DNA of 64,000 nucleotides from the NCBI GenBank assembly GCA_038888155.1, contig JAWAJB010000004.1:110186-174185 (forward strand), given 5' to 3'. Each line of letters opens with the position of its first letter. Position 1 is the first letter of the stretch. Under the pieces are notes generated by a model. It was given only the letters and a program-made list of their open reading frames with translations. It searched no databases and had not been told where the DNA came from. Positions 21,318 to 30,364 of this stretch are shown in pieces. The stretch comes from Desulfurococcaceae archaeon. Lineage in GTDB: Archaea; Thermoproteota; Thermoprotei_A; Sulfolobales; Desulfurococcaceae. The translations under genes were made by a program, and so were the position numbers.

Positions 21318-23037
21318 AGTAGCGTACAAACACGCTATCATAAATGCCGTTAAACACGGAGGCAAAGCCGACCTGAAGGCAGTAGTGTCCAAGGTTGCAG
21401 GCGAGTTGCCCGATATACGTAAAAGCATTAAAGCCTATATTGAGGTCGTGAAAAGCGCGGTAGATGAAGTCAACAAGCTAAGCATTGAAGAGCAGTTAAG
21501 CATTGCCAAGAGCAACTGGCCCGAGGCAGTTGAGGAGAGAGCGGGCGAGTACCGAAAGGAGCTGCCGCCTCTGCCTGGTGCAGCAGAGGGTAAAGTGGTT
21601 ACAAGGCTCGCTCCAAACCCGGACTTCTCGTTGCACTTAGGCAACGCTAGACCAGCCCTACTGAATTACTGGTATGCGCGGATCTATAATGGAAAGATGA
21701 TCCTCAGATTCGAGGACACAGACCCCCGCATTAAATCTCCCTTCCCAGACACGTACGAATCCATTAAGAGAGACCTTAAATGGCTAGGAGTTCGGTGGGA
21801 CGAAGAGTACATTCAAAGCTTAAGGTTGCCTCTGTTCTACGAGGTGACTAGAGAGCTCATTAAAAGAGGAGGCGCTTATGTTGACTTATGCAACAACAAA
21901 GAGTTCAAAGCGTATAGAAACCACGGAAAGGCTTGCCCACACAGGGACAGACCAGTAGAGACTCAAATAGAAGAATACGATAAAATGCTAGAGGGCGCAT
22001 ACAAGGAGGGCGAAGCTGTAGTTAGAGTAAAAACCGATCTAAACCACCCAGACATCAGTATTAGGGACTGGGTTGCCTTAAGGATAATAGATACGTCTAA
22101 AACTCCTCACCCTATAACAGGCGAAAGGTACTCTATCTGGCCTACTTATAACTTAGCTGCAGCTGTTGATGACCACTTAATGGGCGTAACGCATATACTT
22201 AGGGCTAAAGAACACGTGACGAACACTGCCAAGCAAAAGTACATCTACGATCACATGGGGTGGAAATACCCCGAGACGCTTCACTTCGGCAGGCTTTCGC
22301 TCGAGGGGATAGTCTTAAGCAAGTCCAAGACAAGAAAGCTGATTTCCGAGAAGAACCTCTCATCATATTCAGATCCTCGGCTGGGCACTATCCAGGGACT
22401 TCGCAGAAGGGGGATCGTAAGGGAAACTGTTTGGGAAGTAATTAAATCAGTGGGAGTTAAACCCGTTGATGCAAAAATAAGCCTGGTCAACCTCTACGCC
22501 ATTAACAGGGCGCTGATAGACCCCATTGCAAATCGCTATATGGGCGTGGAAAGCCCTGTTTACCTCATCTTGACGAACATTAAGGACGAGCTAAAGGGAA
22601 CTATACCTGTTCACCCCTCAAAGAGAGAAAACTACACGTACAGAGTGACAAACGAAACCTTAGTCATGATCTCACGGAGAGATTTCGAGCTAGTCAAAGG
22701 AGGTTTGTTCCGGCTAATGGGCTTGGGGAACTTCTCAATTAAGGAGTTGCGCGAAGTTCAAGGCACGTTGGCATATACTGCTGAACTGCGCAGCTTAGAG
22801 CAGGAGGCAGCTAAAGCGCAAAGCGCCCAAATTATACAGTGGGTTATGGTCAATGAGAGCGTCGAAGTCAAGATGCTGGTACCTCGTGGACTGGAGCTAC
22901 AGGAGAAAACGCTGTACTGTGAGCGCAGAATTTTAAGCGAGAGAGTTGATTCGCTAATTCAGCTGTATCGAGTTGGGTTCGCAAGAGTTGATGACATTAG
23001 TAATGGAAGAGTTACCCTTATCTTTTCTCATGAGTAG
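21280..23037 (+). CDS. gltX: Glutamyl-tRNA synthetase
   Basis: TRLAPNP, HLGN (HIGH), RFEDTDP, LSKS. Confidence 0.97.
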   Translation: MGIDAQLLEKVREVAYKHAIINAVKHGGKADLKAVVSKVAGELPDIRKSIKAYIEVVKSAVDEVNKLSIEEQLSIAKSNWPEAVEERAGEYRKELPPLPGAAEGKVVTRLAPNPDFSLHLGNARPALLNYWYARIYNGKMILRFEDTDPRIKSPFPDTYESIKRDLKWLGVRWDEEYIQSLRLPLFYEVTRELIKRGGAYVDLCNNKEFKAYRNHGKACPHRDRPVETQIEEYDKMLEGAYKEGEAVVRVKTDLNHPDISIRDWVALRIIDTSKTPHPITGERYSIWPTYNLAAAVDDHLMGVTHILRAKEHVTNTAKQKYIYDHMGWKYPETLHFGRLSLEGIVLSKSKTRKLISEKNLSSYSDPRLGTIQGLRRRGIVRETVWEVIKSVGVKPVDAKISLVNLYAINRALIDPIANRYMGVESPVYLILTNIKDELKGTIPVHPSKRENYTYRVTNETLVMISRRDFELVKGGLFRLMGLGNFSIKELREVQGTLAYTAELRSLEQEAAKAQSAQIIQWVMVNESVEVKMLVPRGLELQEKTLYCERRILSERVDSLIQLYRVGFARVDDISNGRVTLIFSHE

Positions 23038-23083
23038 GGGGCAAGCTTTATAAGATGCGTTTATTTTATTAACAGTACGCAAA

Positions 23084-23107
23084 GACGACCAACAGGGAGG
23101 AGGATGA
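23084..23107 (+). promoter_or_regulatory. Candidate K-turn in l7ae 5' leader (TATA box TTTATAA at 23047-23053)
   Basis: GACGA-CC-AACA-GG-GAG-GAGGATGA can form C-stem, 3-nt bulge and tandem G-A pairs over the SD. Confidence 0.55.
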
Positions 23108-23496
23108 CTATGTCCAAGCCTTTTTTCGTCAAATTCGATGTTCCACAGGAATTGGCCGAAAAAACGTACGAAGCTATTAGAAAAGTACGCGAAACAGGAG
23201 GAAAAATAAAGAAAGGAACTAACGAGACTACAAAAGCGGTTGAGCGCGGGGTGGCCAGGCTAATTATAATAGCCACAGATGTAGACCCGCCCGAAATTGT
23301 TGCCCACTTACCAATACTTTGCGACGAGAAAAAAATACCGTACACATATGTACCTAGCAAGAAGAAATTAGGAGAATCAGCTGGAATTGAAGTTGCATCA
23401 GCTTCTGTAGCAATTGTAGACGTAGGCGGCGCAAAGGATTTAGTTGATGAAGTAATCAAGAAAGTGCAGGAAGTTAGAGCTCAGAGTAGCAGTTAA
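23104..23496 (+). CDS. rpl7ae: 50S ribosomal protein L7Ae
   Basis: [26 protein letters not shown]. Confidence 0.98.
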   Translation: MTMSKPFFVKFDVPQELAEKTYEAIRKVRETGGKIKKGTNETTKAVERGVARLIIIATDVDPPEIVAHLPILCDEKKIPYTYVPSKKKLGESAGIEVASASVAIVDVGGAKDLVDEVIKKVQEVRAQSSS

Positions 23497-23527
23497 GAAC
23501 TAGGCCCTAAATTTTAAAAGCATTTTT

Positions 23528-23800
23528 TTACCTTCGCGTTGTCAGTTTCCTAGCTTCTCGCTCTGTTTCTCGCAGAATAACAATATCTCCAACTCTCACA
23601 GGACCTTTAACGTTCCTTGTAATAACTCTGCCCCTGTCTCTGCCCTCTAGTATCCTTACCCTCACTTGAGAGATCTCTCCAGTCACTCCAGTTCGCCCTA
23701 ATATTTGGATAACCTCTGCTGGGAACCCCATCTCCTCGATAATGTTGAATTTAGGTGGCTCAAAAACAATCTTCGCCTCGCTCTTATTAACTTCGCCCAA
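23528..23800 (-). CDS. rps28e: 30S ribosomal protein S28e (minus strand; track strand label is wrong)
   Basis: Peptide GRTGVTGE...[11 protein letters not shown]...ETEREAR reads only on the reverse complement; TTG start with AGGTGA SD at the high end, TAA at 23528-23530. Confidence 0.96.
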   Translation of the reverse strand: MGEVNKSEAKIVFEPPKFNIIEEMGFPAEVIQILGRTGVTGEISQVRVRILEGRDRGRVITRNVKGPVRVGDIVILRETEREARKLTTRR

Positions 23801-23888
23801 CGCGTCTCACCTAATAATGCTAGGTAAACATAGCTCTTAATGTTTTTTAAGCTTTTTAAGTAAGTACTTTTAGGTTCAAAGAGGTGAA

Positions 23889-24080
23889 GTGTCTGTGCCC
23901 AAGCTAGTAAACTGTACCTTTTGTGGAAACCAGCTGGAGCCTGGAAGCGGGTTAATGTACGTTCTAAATGATGGGAGCACGCTGTGGTTCTGTTGCAGAA
24001 AGTGCCTTAAGAGCTATTTGATGGAGCGCGATCCAAGGAAATTGAAGTGGACTAAGAAGTATAAGCAGGAAACATTGTAG
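23889..24080 (+). CDS. rpl24e: 50S ribosomal protein L24e
   Basis: CTFCG..LEPGSG, FCCRKC, PRKLKWT. Confidence 0.97.
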   Translation: MSVPKLVNCTFCGNQLEPGSGLMYVLNDGSTLWFCCRKCLKSYLMERDPRKLKWTKKYKQETL

Positions 24081-24218
24081 TTGGCTGCGGGCCAAGCAAT
24101 TTAAATGGCGCCTTGTCTGAGGGTTTGAGCCCCAACCCCTGAGCTTTTGATGGGAGGAGCGTCTAATAGAGCCCCTTTTGAGCCACAATGGGGGTTTGTG
24201 CCATCGCTTCCTCATCCG

Positions 24219-26042
24219 CTACTGTAGCTTCTGCTGAAAAACTACGGCGTACAGTGGATCGCTTTTTCTCTTTACTTTAATAATCTCGCCAAGTGCGTCC
24301 TTTTCGTCATCTCTAAGTTCGCCGTTATACTTTGTAAGCCACATCAAGGCATGTTCATTGGGGATATCTGTAAACAGCAGATCTCCCTCGTGCACCTGCC
24401 TTCCTATCATCAGTTTTCCCTTAATGCTGATCGCCACTCTTTGGCCTCTAACAGCTTCCTTGAGCACGTTATCTCTATCCCTAATCTGCATTACAACCCC
24501 TATGTTTACGCCGTCTCCCCTCATTAAAGAGTAGCCAGGCTTTATTGTCCCTGAGACGATGTCTACTCCAACTATTGCAGGATCGCTCCTCCTAAATACG
24601 TAGCCCGGCAATATCTTCACTTTTCCCGGTCTCACAAGCATATCTAGCTCCCTCTGCTTAGCTGACTCCCTGAACTCTTTAAGCCACTTCGCATAGTCCT
24701 CGAGGAGTTGGTAGATCACGTTATTGGAGAACACTTTTATGTTTTCCCTGTCGATGAGCTCTTCAGCCTCTTTGAGGACTTTGACGTTAAAAGCTAGGAC
24801 TACTGCGAATTCAGGCTTAAACTTCTTAACTACAGCCGCTTCAATAACGTCGTTCTTAGAGACAGGTCCGACATCAGCAAGCCTGACAGGTATGTTCTCC
24901 CGCTTTAAGGCCTCGAGGAGGGCTTCAAGCGAGCCAAGAGTGTCTGCCTTAACTACTATGCCCTCAGCTTCAGTTCTGAACCTGATGTGCTTTATTTCCT
25001 CTAACACCTGTTTAATGTACTCATCGACGCTTGCACCTATTGGTATCACGTAGAAGGGAGAGCCAGCGATTACATCCCCTAGATCTGGAGCTACTACTTT
25101 AATGCCAGACGCCGCTGCGACTTCATCAACCTGTACGAACTTACCTTCGTGCATTCTCATGTCCTGTAGCGGTCTCGGCAAAAGAATGGCTCTAACTCGA
25201 GATAGCGTGTAGTTAGACCTATTTGCTACAATGAACATGTCGTTCCTCCTTAAGATGCCATCATATATTATGACGTCTAATGTAGTCCCCAGCCCCTCTT
25301 CTTCCCTTACCTCAAGGACTATTCCCTTTGCTGCCTCATGGCTAACTATTAATTTCTTCTTCATAAACTGCTGAGCTAAACCAGCTATAAGTGCGAGAAG
25401 CTCGGGTATCCCCTCGCCTGTCTTGGCTGAAACTGGCACGATTGCTACTGTTTTCCTGAAGTCTTTAACTCTGTCAAACCTCTCGGATTCGTACCCGAAT
25501 TCGTGTAGCTTTCCAACGATTTCGTAAATTTTCTCCTCAAGTCGGCTGACGACCTTGGGGTTTTGCCTCTTAACTGAGTCGAGGAAAGGAGCCTCCAGTT
25601 GTGGAATCCAGCCTTCAATCCTGTCAATTTTATTTGCAGCCACCACGAAGGGAACCTGTCTTTCCCTCAAGAGAGTTATAGCCTCCTTTGTCTGGGGCTT
25701 AATGCCCTCAAGCACATCTATGACCAGTACTGCCATGTCAGCTACACTTCCCCCTCTTCTCCTCAGGCTAGCGAATAATTCGTGGCCTGGAGTATCAACA
25801 AAGAGTAGGCCAGAGATATCTATTTTCAACCTCGGAAGCACTTTCCTAAGGGGCTCTGAGAGCTTCTCCAAGACGCTTGCGGGAACAATGCTCGCACCTA
25901 TATGCTGGGTTATTTCCCCTGGCTCCTTCCTAGCAACAGCAGTGCCCCTTATCCTGTCTAAAAGTGTTGTCTTCCCGTGGTCTACGTGACCGAGCACTAC
26001 TATAATTGGTTGCCTTATCCAAGTCCTCGGAGCTGCTTCCAT
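24219..26042 (-). CDS. infB: Translation initiation factor aIF5B (IF-2)
   Basis: [33 protein letters not shown]. Confidence 0.98.
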   Translation of the reverse strand: MEAAPRTWIRQPIIVVLGHVDHGKTTLLDRIRGTAVARKEPGEITQHIGASIVPASVLEKLSEPLRKVLPRLKIDISGLLFVDTPGHELFASLRRRGGSVADMAVLVIDVLEGIKPQTKEAITLLRERQVPFVVAANKIDRIEGWIPQLEAPFLDSVKRQNPKVVSRLEEKIYEIVGKLHEFGYESERFDRVKDFRKTVAIVPVSAKTGEGIPELLALIAGLAQQFMKKKLIVSHEAAKGIVLEVREEEGLGTTLDVIIYDGILRRNDMFIVANRSNYTLSRVRAILLPRPLQDMRMHEGKFVQVDEVAAASGIKVVAPDLGDVIAGSPFYVIPIGASVDEYIKQVLEEIKHIRFRTEAEGIVVKADTLGSLEALLEALKRENIPVRLADVGPVSKNDVIEAAVVKKFKPEFAVVLAFNVKVLKEAEELIDRENIKVFSNNVIYQLLEDYAKWLKEFRESAKQRELDMLVRPGKVKILPGYVFRRSDPAIVGVDIVSGTIKPGYSLMRGDGVNIGVVMQIRDRDNVLKEAVRGQRVAISIKGKLMIGRQVHEGDLLFTDIPNEHALMWLTKYNGELRDDEKDALGEIIKVKRKSDPLYAVVFQQKLQ

Positions 26043-26117
26043 TCGTACACCCAGTTTAATAAGGATATAAGTGCCCTATTTAATTGGAGAATACAAGCCA
26101 CCGGGAAACTGGTGGTG

Positions 26118-26774
26118 ATGGCTATGCCAGATTACAAAATAGTCATTAGCGACCCCGAGGCAGCGAAAAACGCAAAGACCTTAAAAGTCAAGGTCATCGG
26201 AGATCCAGATATAGAGTTTACTAGCAAAATGAAAGAGCAGCTTGAACTGCCCATCATCAAGATGAGCTCTAAGCTCCAAGGAGAAATTAACGCAGTACAC
26301 TACGTGGCTACGATAAGGATGAGGAGGCCGGATACTGGCGACAAAGTGAAAATCACCGGCAAAATAGTAATTGACAATAGCATTCCGGAAAACACAGTTA
26401 AGGTCAGCCTCTCTAGGCTCATAGACCTCACTGGAGCTCAAGAGCTTGAAGGGGAGATTTTTAGAGCTACTGCGTGGCAGATCAGAATAAGCGACGAACG
26501 ATCTAACGCATTCCTAGGGCTTAAAATAGGAGAGGAAATAGACGGCGGCGTTGTAGGGCTTAGAGGCGTTAAATTACAAGTAACTGGCGGGAGCGATCTA
26601 AGCGGCTTTCCGATGAGGCCTGATATCTCAGGCTCCTTGAAGAAAAGGCCGCTAATTTCAAACCCTCCTGGGCTCCGCCCTAAGGAGAGAGGAGAGAGAC
26701 GTCGAAGGACAGTGAGAGGAAACACTGTAGCAGCTGATACTGCCCAAATAAACACTAAAGTCATATACGTATAA
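26118..26774 (+). CDS. rps6e: 30S ribosomal protein S6e (long form)
   Basis: YKIVISDP, TGGSDLSGFPMRPD, GERRRRTVRGN; start trimmed to ATG 26118. Confidence 0.95.
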   Translation: MAMPDYKIVISDPEAAKNAKTLKVKVIGDPDIEFTSKMKEQLELPIIKMSSKLQGEINAVHYVATIRMRRPDTGDKVKITGKIVIDNSIPENTVKVSLSRLIDLTGAQELEGEIFRATAWQIRISDERSNAFLGLKIGEEIDGGVVGLRGVKLQVTGGSDLSGFPMRPDISGSLKKRPLISNPPGLRPKERGERRRRTVRGNTVAADTAQINTKVIYV

Positions 26775-26815
26775 GAACATTTTTAGCTATTTTATAAACT
26801 AAATGAGGTGATTTT

Positions 26816-28075
26816 TTGGAAAACCCTAAGGTCAAGCCTCCAGAGGTAAATATAGGCGTTTTAGGACACGTAGATCACGGGAAGACAACGCTAGTTCAGG
26901 CCCTAACAGGCATATGGACAGCTAGGCACAGCAAGGAACTAGAGAGGGGCATGACAATCTTTCTAGGGTACGCTGATGGCAATATAGCCTACTGCAGCGA
27001 TTTGCATCCCCCTGATGCTTACACGAACGAGCTTATATGCCCAAGCGGAGCTGAAGCTGAGTTCTTGAGGAGAGTTAGCTATGTTGATGCGCCTGGCCAC
27101 GAAGCATACATGGCGACTATGTTAAGTGGAGCTATGGTAGTAGACGGCGCAATGTTGGTTGTAGCAGCAAACGAGCCCTGCCCCCAGCCCCAGACTGTAG
27201 AGCACTTAATGGCCTTGGAAGTACTTGGAGTGAAAAACATTATAATAGTTCAAAATAAGATAGACGTTGTGTCCAAGGAGCGCGCCTTTAAGAATTACGA
27301 GGAAATAAGGGCCTTTACAAAGGGGACAATAGCTGAAGGTGCTCCTATTATACCTGTGAGCGCTCTTCACAAAGTAAATATCGACGTTGTTCTCCAAGCC
27401 ATCCACGAAGCCATGCCTACACCTCAAAGGGACCTGTCTAAGCCGCCAATTATGTACGTTATACGTAGTTTCGATATAAACAGGCCAGGGACTCCCTTTG
27501 ATATGATCCAAGGAGGTGTTATTGGGGGAACTGTTCTCCAGGGCAAGTTTAAGGTTGGAGAAGAAGTTACTATCCTACCGGGCATTAAGACTCCCAAGGA
27601 GTGGGGAAAGGCTAAAAGTCAAGTTTACACTCCTATATCAACCACCATTGAGGAGATAAGGTACGGCGACTTGCCGTCCGAAGAGGCAACTCCGGGGGGC
27701 TTGATAGCTGTCAGGACTAAGCTAGACCCATCTTTAACTAAGTCAGATCAATTGGTAGGTACAGTTGTCACAAAGTACGACAACAAGGTCCCAGTTAGTA
27801 CAGCCCTCGGCATATTTTACCGCGAGTTCGAGAGAGTCGTCGGCCTCAGAGGACAACAGGTTAAGTTGCCCCCGCTACAGGCTGGCGAGAAAATAATAGC
27901 AGCTATAGGGCCCGCTACGCGGGTAGGAGTGGTTAAATCCGCTAGGAAGGACTACGTTGAGATTGCCCTAGATGAGCCCGTAGCTACGTGGAGAGGCTCG
28001 CGCATAGCTATTGGTAGACGCTTGATGGCTCGATGGAGGCTTGCAGGTTGGGGGATAATCGAGGATGTCTACTAG
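26816..28075 (+). CDS. eif2g: Translation initiation factor aIF2 gamma
   Basis: [28 protein letters not shown]. Confidence 0.98.
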   Translation: MENPKVKPPEVNIGVLGHVDHGKTTLVQALTGIWTARHSKELERGMTIFLGYADGNIAYCSDLHPPDAYTNELICPSGAEAEFLRRVSYVDAPGHEAYMATMLSGAMVVDGAMLVVAANEPCPQPQTVEHLMALEVLGVKNIIIVQNKIDVVSKERAFKNYEEIRAFTKGTIAEGAPIIPVSALHKVNIDVVLQAIHEAMPTPQRDLSKPPIMYVIRSFDINRPGTPFDMIQGGVIGGTVLQGKFKVGEEVTILPGIKTPKEWGKAKSQVYTPISTTIEEIRYGDLPSEEATPGGLIAVRTKLDPSLTKSDQLVGTVVTKYDNKVPVSTALGIFYREFERVVGLRGQQVKLPPLQAGEKIIAAIGPATRVGVVKSARKDYVEIALDEPVATWRGSRIAIGRRLMARWRLAGWGIIEDVY

Positions 28076-28487
28076 TAGAAACTCGAGGACAATAGTTGTT
28101 CTCGATACGAATATGTTGATTTTAATGGCGAGCGGCGTGCCTCTTCTCGACTATATAGAGGAGTCTCTAGAGACCAAGCCCGAGTACGTCGTCTTAAAGC
28201 CAGTTTACGATGAGCTCTTAAAGATATCCAATAAAGAGGGTTCGCTGGACGCTAAACGGGCTTTATTCGCCATTAAGATTGTAGAGGAGTACTGCAAGGT
28301 GCTACCATACGATATAGGCGGTCAAGAGAGCGTTGACGATGCAATAATAAAGTTCGCCGTGGAGAACAAGGCCATAGTTGCTACTAATGATCGAGCGTTA
28401 CGGACGCGCCTGAGAGAGCTTGGAGTGCCTGAGGCGTATTTTAGGGAGGAATCAAGGAGGATTGTTATTGAGGGCTACTATAAATAG
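28065..28487 (+). CDS. PIN-domain protein (Utp24/Fcf1-like)
   Basis: LDTN, VDDAI, ATNDRAL; conserved position after eif2g. Confidence 0.9.
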   Translation: MSTSRNSRTIVVLDTNMLILMASGVPLLDYIEESLETKPEYVVLKPVYDELLKISNKEGSLDAKRALFAIKIVEEYCKVLPYDIGGQESVDDAIIKFAVENKAIVATNDRALRTRLRELGVPEAYFREESRRIVIEGYYK

Positions 28488-28526
28488 CTTTAATTACTTT
28501 CCAAGATTTTGTCAGGTGTATAGCTA

Positions 28527-29066
28527 ATGTACGCGCTTATTAAATTGAAGGACTACGTGAGAATTCCACCGGCTAAATTCAACAAGCCTATTGAAAGTGC
28601 TACATTAGAGGAGCTGAGAGCCAAGTACGAAGGTGCTTTGATAAATATTGAAGTAGATAAAAACACGGTAAGCACGGGGATAGTAGTCGCGGTTTTAGAC
28701 GCTGAAGTGAATTCGCTAGGAATGTTGATCCCAGGGGACGGCGCGCTATATCATAGAGCTATATTTAATGCCCTCGTGTTTATGCCATTTGAGAAAGAAG
28801 TAATAGAGGGAGAGGTAGTCTCGGTCACAAGAGCGGGAATTTATGTAAACCTCGGCGTTATAGATGGGTTCATCCACATAAACCAGGTAGCAGACGAGAA
28901 AGTAGTATTTGACGCTGCCCGTGGATCCCTTCTTCTCGAGGAAAGCAGAAAATACGTAGAAAAGGGGGATAAAGTAAGGGCAAGAGTATACGTAACTGGA
29001 ATAATGCCGGGCAAGGGAATAAGAATACACATGACAATGAGGCAGCCCGGTATGGGAAAGCTCTAG
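28527..29066 (+). CDS. rpoE1: RNA polymerase subunit Rpo7 (E')
   Basis: VRIPP, PGDGA, S1 domain, MRQPGMGK. Confidence 0.96.
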   Translation: MYALIKLKDYVRIPPAKFNKPIESATLEELRAKYEGALINIEVDKNTVSTGIVVAVLDAEVNSLGMLIPGDGALYHRAIFNALVFMPFEKEVIEGEVVSVTRAGIYVNLGVIDGFIHINQVADEKVVFDAARGSLLLEESRKYVEKGDKVRARVYVTGIMPGKGIRIHMTMRQPGMGKL

Positions 29067-29095
29067 TGGCTTAAAAGCTCACAGGGTGCTTTCAG

Positions 29096-29308
29096 TTGAG
29101 CAAGACCTCTAAGAGCAAGCCCTTCAAGGCGTGCAGGTCATGTAGGGCCCTAGTTGATAAAGACGCAGAGACTTGTCCCAACTGCGGGTCAAAGGATTTC
29201 AGCGATGAGTGGGAAGGAGTAGTCATAGTGATTGAGCCTGAGTCCTCCGAGATAGCTAAAGTCCTCGAGATCAAGTCAAGGGGTAGGTTTGTTGCAAAAG
29301 TCGAATAG
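29096..29308 (+). CDS. spt4: Transcription elongation factor Spt4 (RpoE'')
   Basis: ACRSC..CPNCGS, SDEWEG, SEIAK. Confidence 0.96.
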   Translation: MSKTSKSKPFKACRSCRALVDKDAETCPNCGSKDFSDEWEGVVIVIEPESSEIAKVLEIKSRGRFVAKVE

Positions 29309-29804
29309 GGGTAGACCAGTAGCAGTTCCCGCTTTAATATTGCCGCCGCACTTAAGGCAAGACCTATCGCTTCCGCAGGGAACGCTTTACGTTCACCCCG
29401 AGAGAGGGGTTGTCAAGGGATTAAGAGTAAAGGTACTAGTTGGAGATGTCGTGTCGACAAGGCACTTTGCAGACATCAAGGTAGTAGATCATAAGACCAA
29501 GAGAACAAAGATAGATCTAGCGTGGGAGAAGTGCACACATGTATTAAACCCTCCAGGCTCGGTCAGCCTGAACAGCTTAACGATATCGAGCTTGCCTAGA
29601 GGGGTAATATGCGTACTCGGAGAAGAAGATTTAATCACGCTGTCTTACATGGTTAAGAACCAAGGGAGTATAGCATACGGACAGCCAGATACAGGAGTAG
29701 TCGTGGTGGAGCCGCGCGCTGAAATAGCTTTAAAAGTATTAAAGATACTTAAACCAGGTATAGTACATTACATAATGGCAACAGGAGGCGTTGAGCGTGG
29801 TTAA
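29289..29804 (+). CDS. DUF359 family GTP-dependent dephospho-CoA kinase
   Basis: VGDVV, DHKTKR, NPPG, GEEDL, YGQP. Confidence 0.88.
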   Translation: MLQKSNRGRPVAVPALILPPHLRQDLSLPQGTLYVHPERGVVKGLRVKVLVGDVVSTRHFADIKVVDHKTKRTKIDLAWEKCTHVLNPPGSVSLNSLTISSLPRGVICVLGEEDLITLSYMVKNQGSIAYGQPDTGVVVVEPRAEIALKVLKILKPGIVHYIMATGGVERG

Positions 29805-30150
29805 GCGCATAAAAATACTCGATAAGTACGATGGCGAGGTTGTAGAGGAGAGGCACAACCCGCTTATTGGGAGAATAGAAGTAGTATTTAAACTAGTTCA
29901 CATGGGCGAGGGTACTCCCAGTAGGGGCGTTCTAAAGAAAGAGCTGGCAAGGCTCTACGGCAAACCATCAGATCTCGTGTACATCAGGAAAGTAGAGACA
30001 GAGTATGGAATTTGCGAAACTACTGTTGAAGCCCACCTGTACGAAAGCGAGGATAGGGCCAAGAAGTTCGAGCCTAACTACCTCGCGAAGCGGGACGAAG
30101 AGTCCCTAAGCAAGATCACAGATCAGTCGGGCCAGCAGCCCAATCAGTAG
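29791..30150 (+). CDS. rps24e: 30S ribosomal protein S24e
   Basis: NPLIGRIE, GTPSR. Confidence 0.95.
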   Translation: MSVVKRIKILDKYDGEVVEERHNPLIGRIEVVFKLVHMGEGTPSRGVLKKELARLYGKPSDLVYIRKVETEYGICETTVEAHLYESEDRAKKFEPNYLAKRDEESLSKITDQSGQQPNQ

Positions 30151-30160
30151 AGGTGGTTGA

Positions 30161-30322
30161 ATGCCATATATACACAAACTTTACGAGGTCAAAGCAGACT
30201 CGTGGACTATAAAGAGGAAGAACAAGAAATGCCCAAGATGCGGTTCATTTATGGCATTTCACAAGCAGCCTGCACCTAGGTGGCATTGCGGCAAGTGCAA
30301 CTACGTGGAGTACTCTAGGTAG
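30161..30322 (+). CDS. rps27ae: 30S ribosomal protein S27ae (53 aa, below track cutoff)
   Basis: MPYIHKLYEV...KCPRCGSFMAFHKQPAPRWHCGKCNYVEYSR; AGGTGG SD. Confidence 0.96.
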   Translation: MPYIHKLYEVKADSWTIKRKNKKCPRCGSFMAFHKQPAPRWHCGKCNYVEYSR

Positions 30323-30364
30323 CGATATAGCCAAACGTATTTTTAGGTTTCATGGCGCCAAACC

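Noticed and set aside
24106-24175. tRNA-like 3' end on minus strand (GGGGCTCAAACCCTC...GGCGCCA); split or permuted tRNA half?
   Set aside because: T-loop lacks TTC, no matching acceptor or D-arm, and no BHB leader; kept only as a generic structured-RNA candidate
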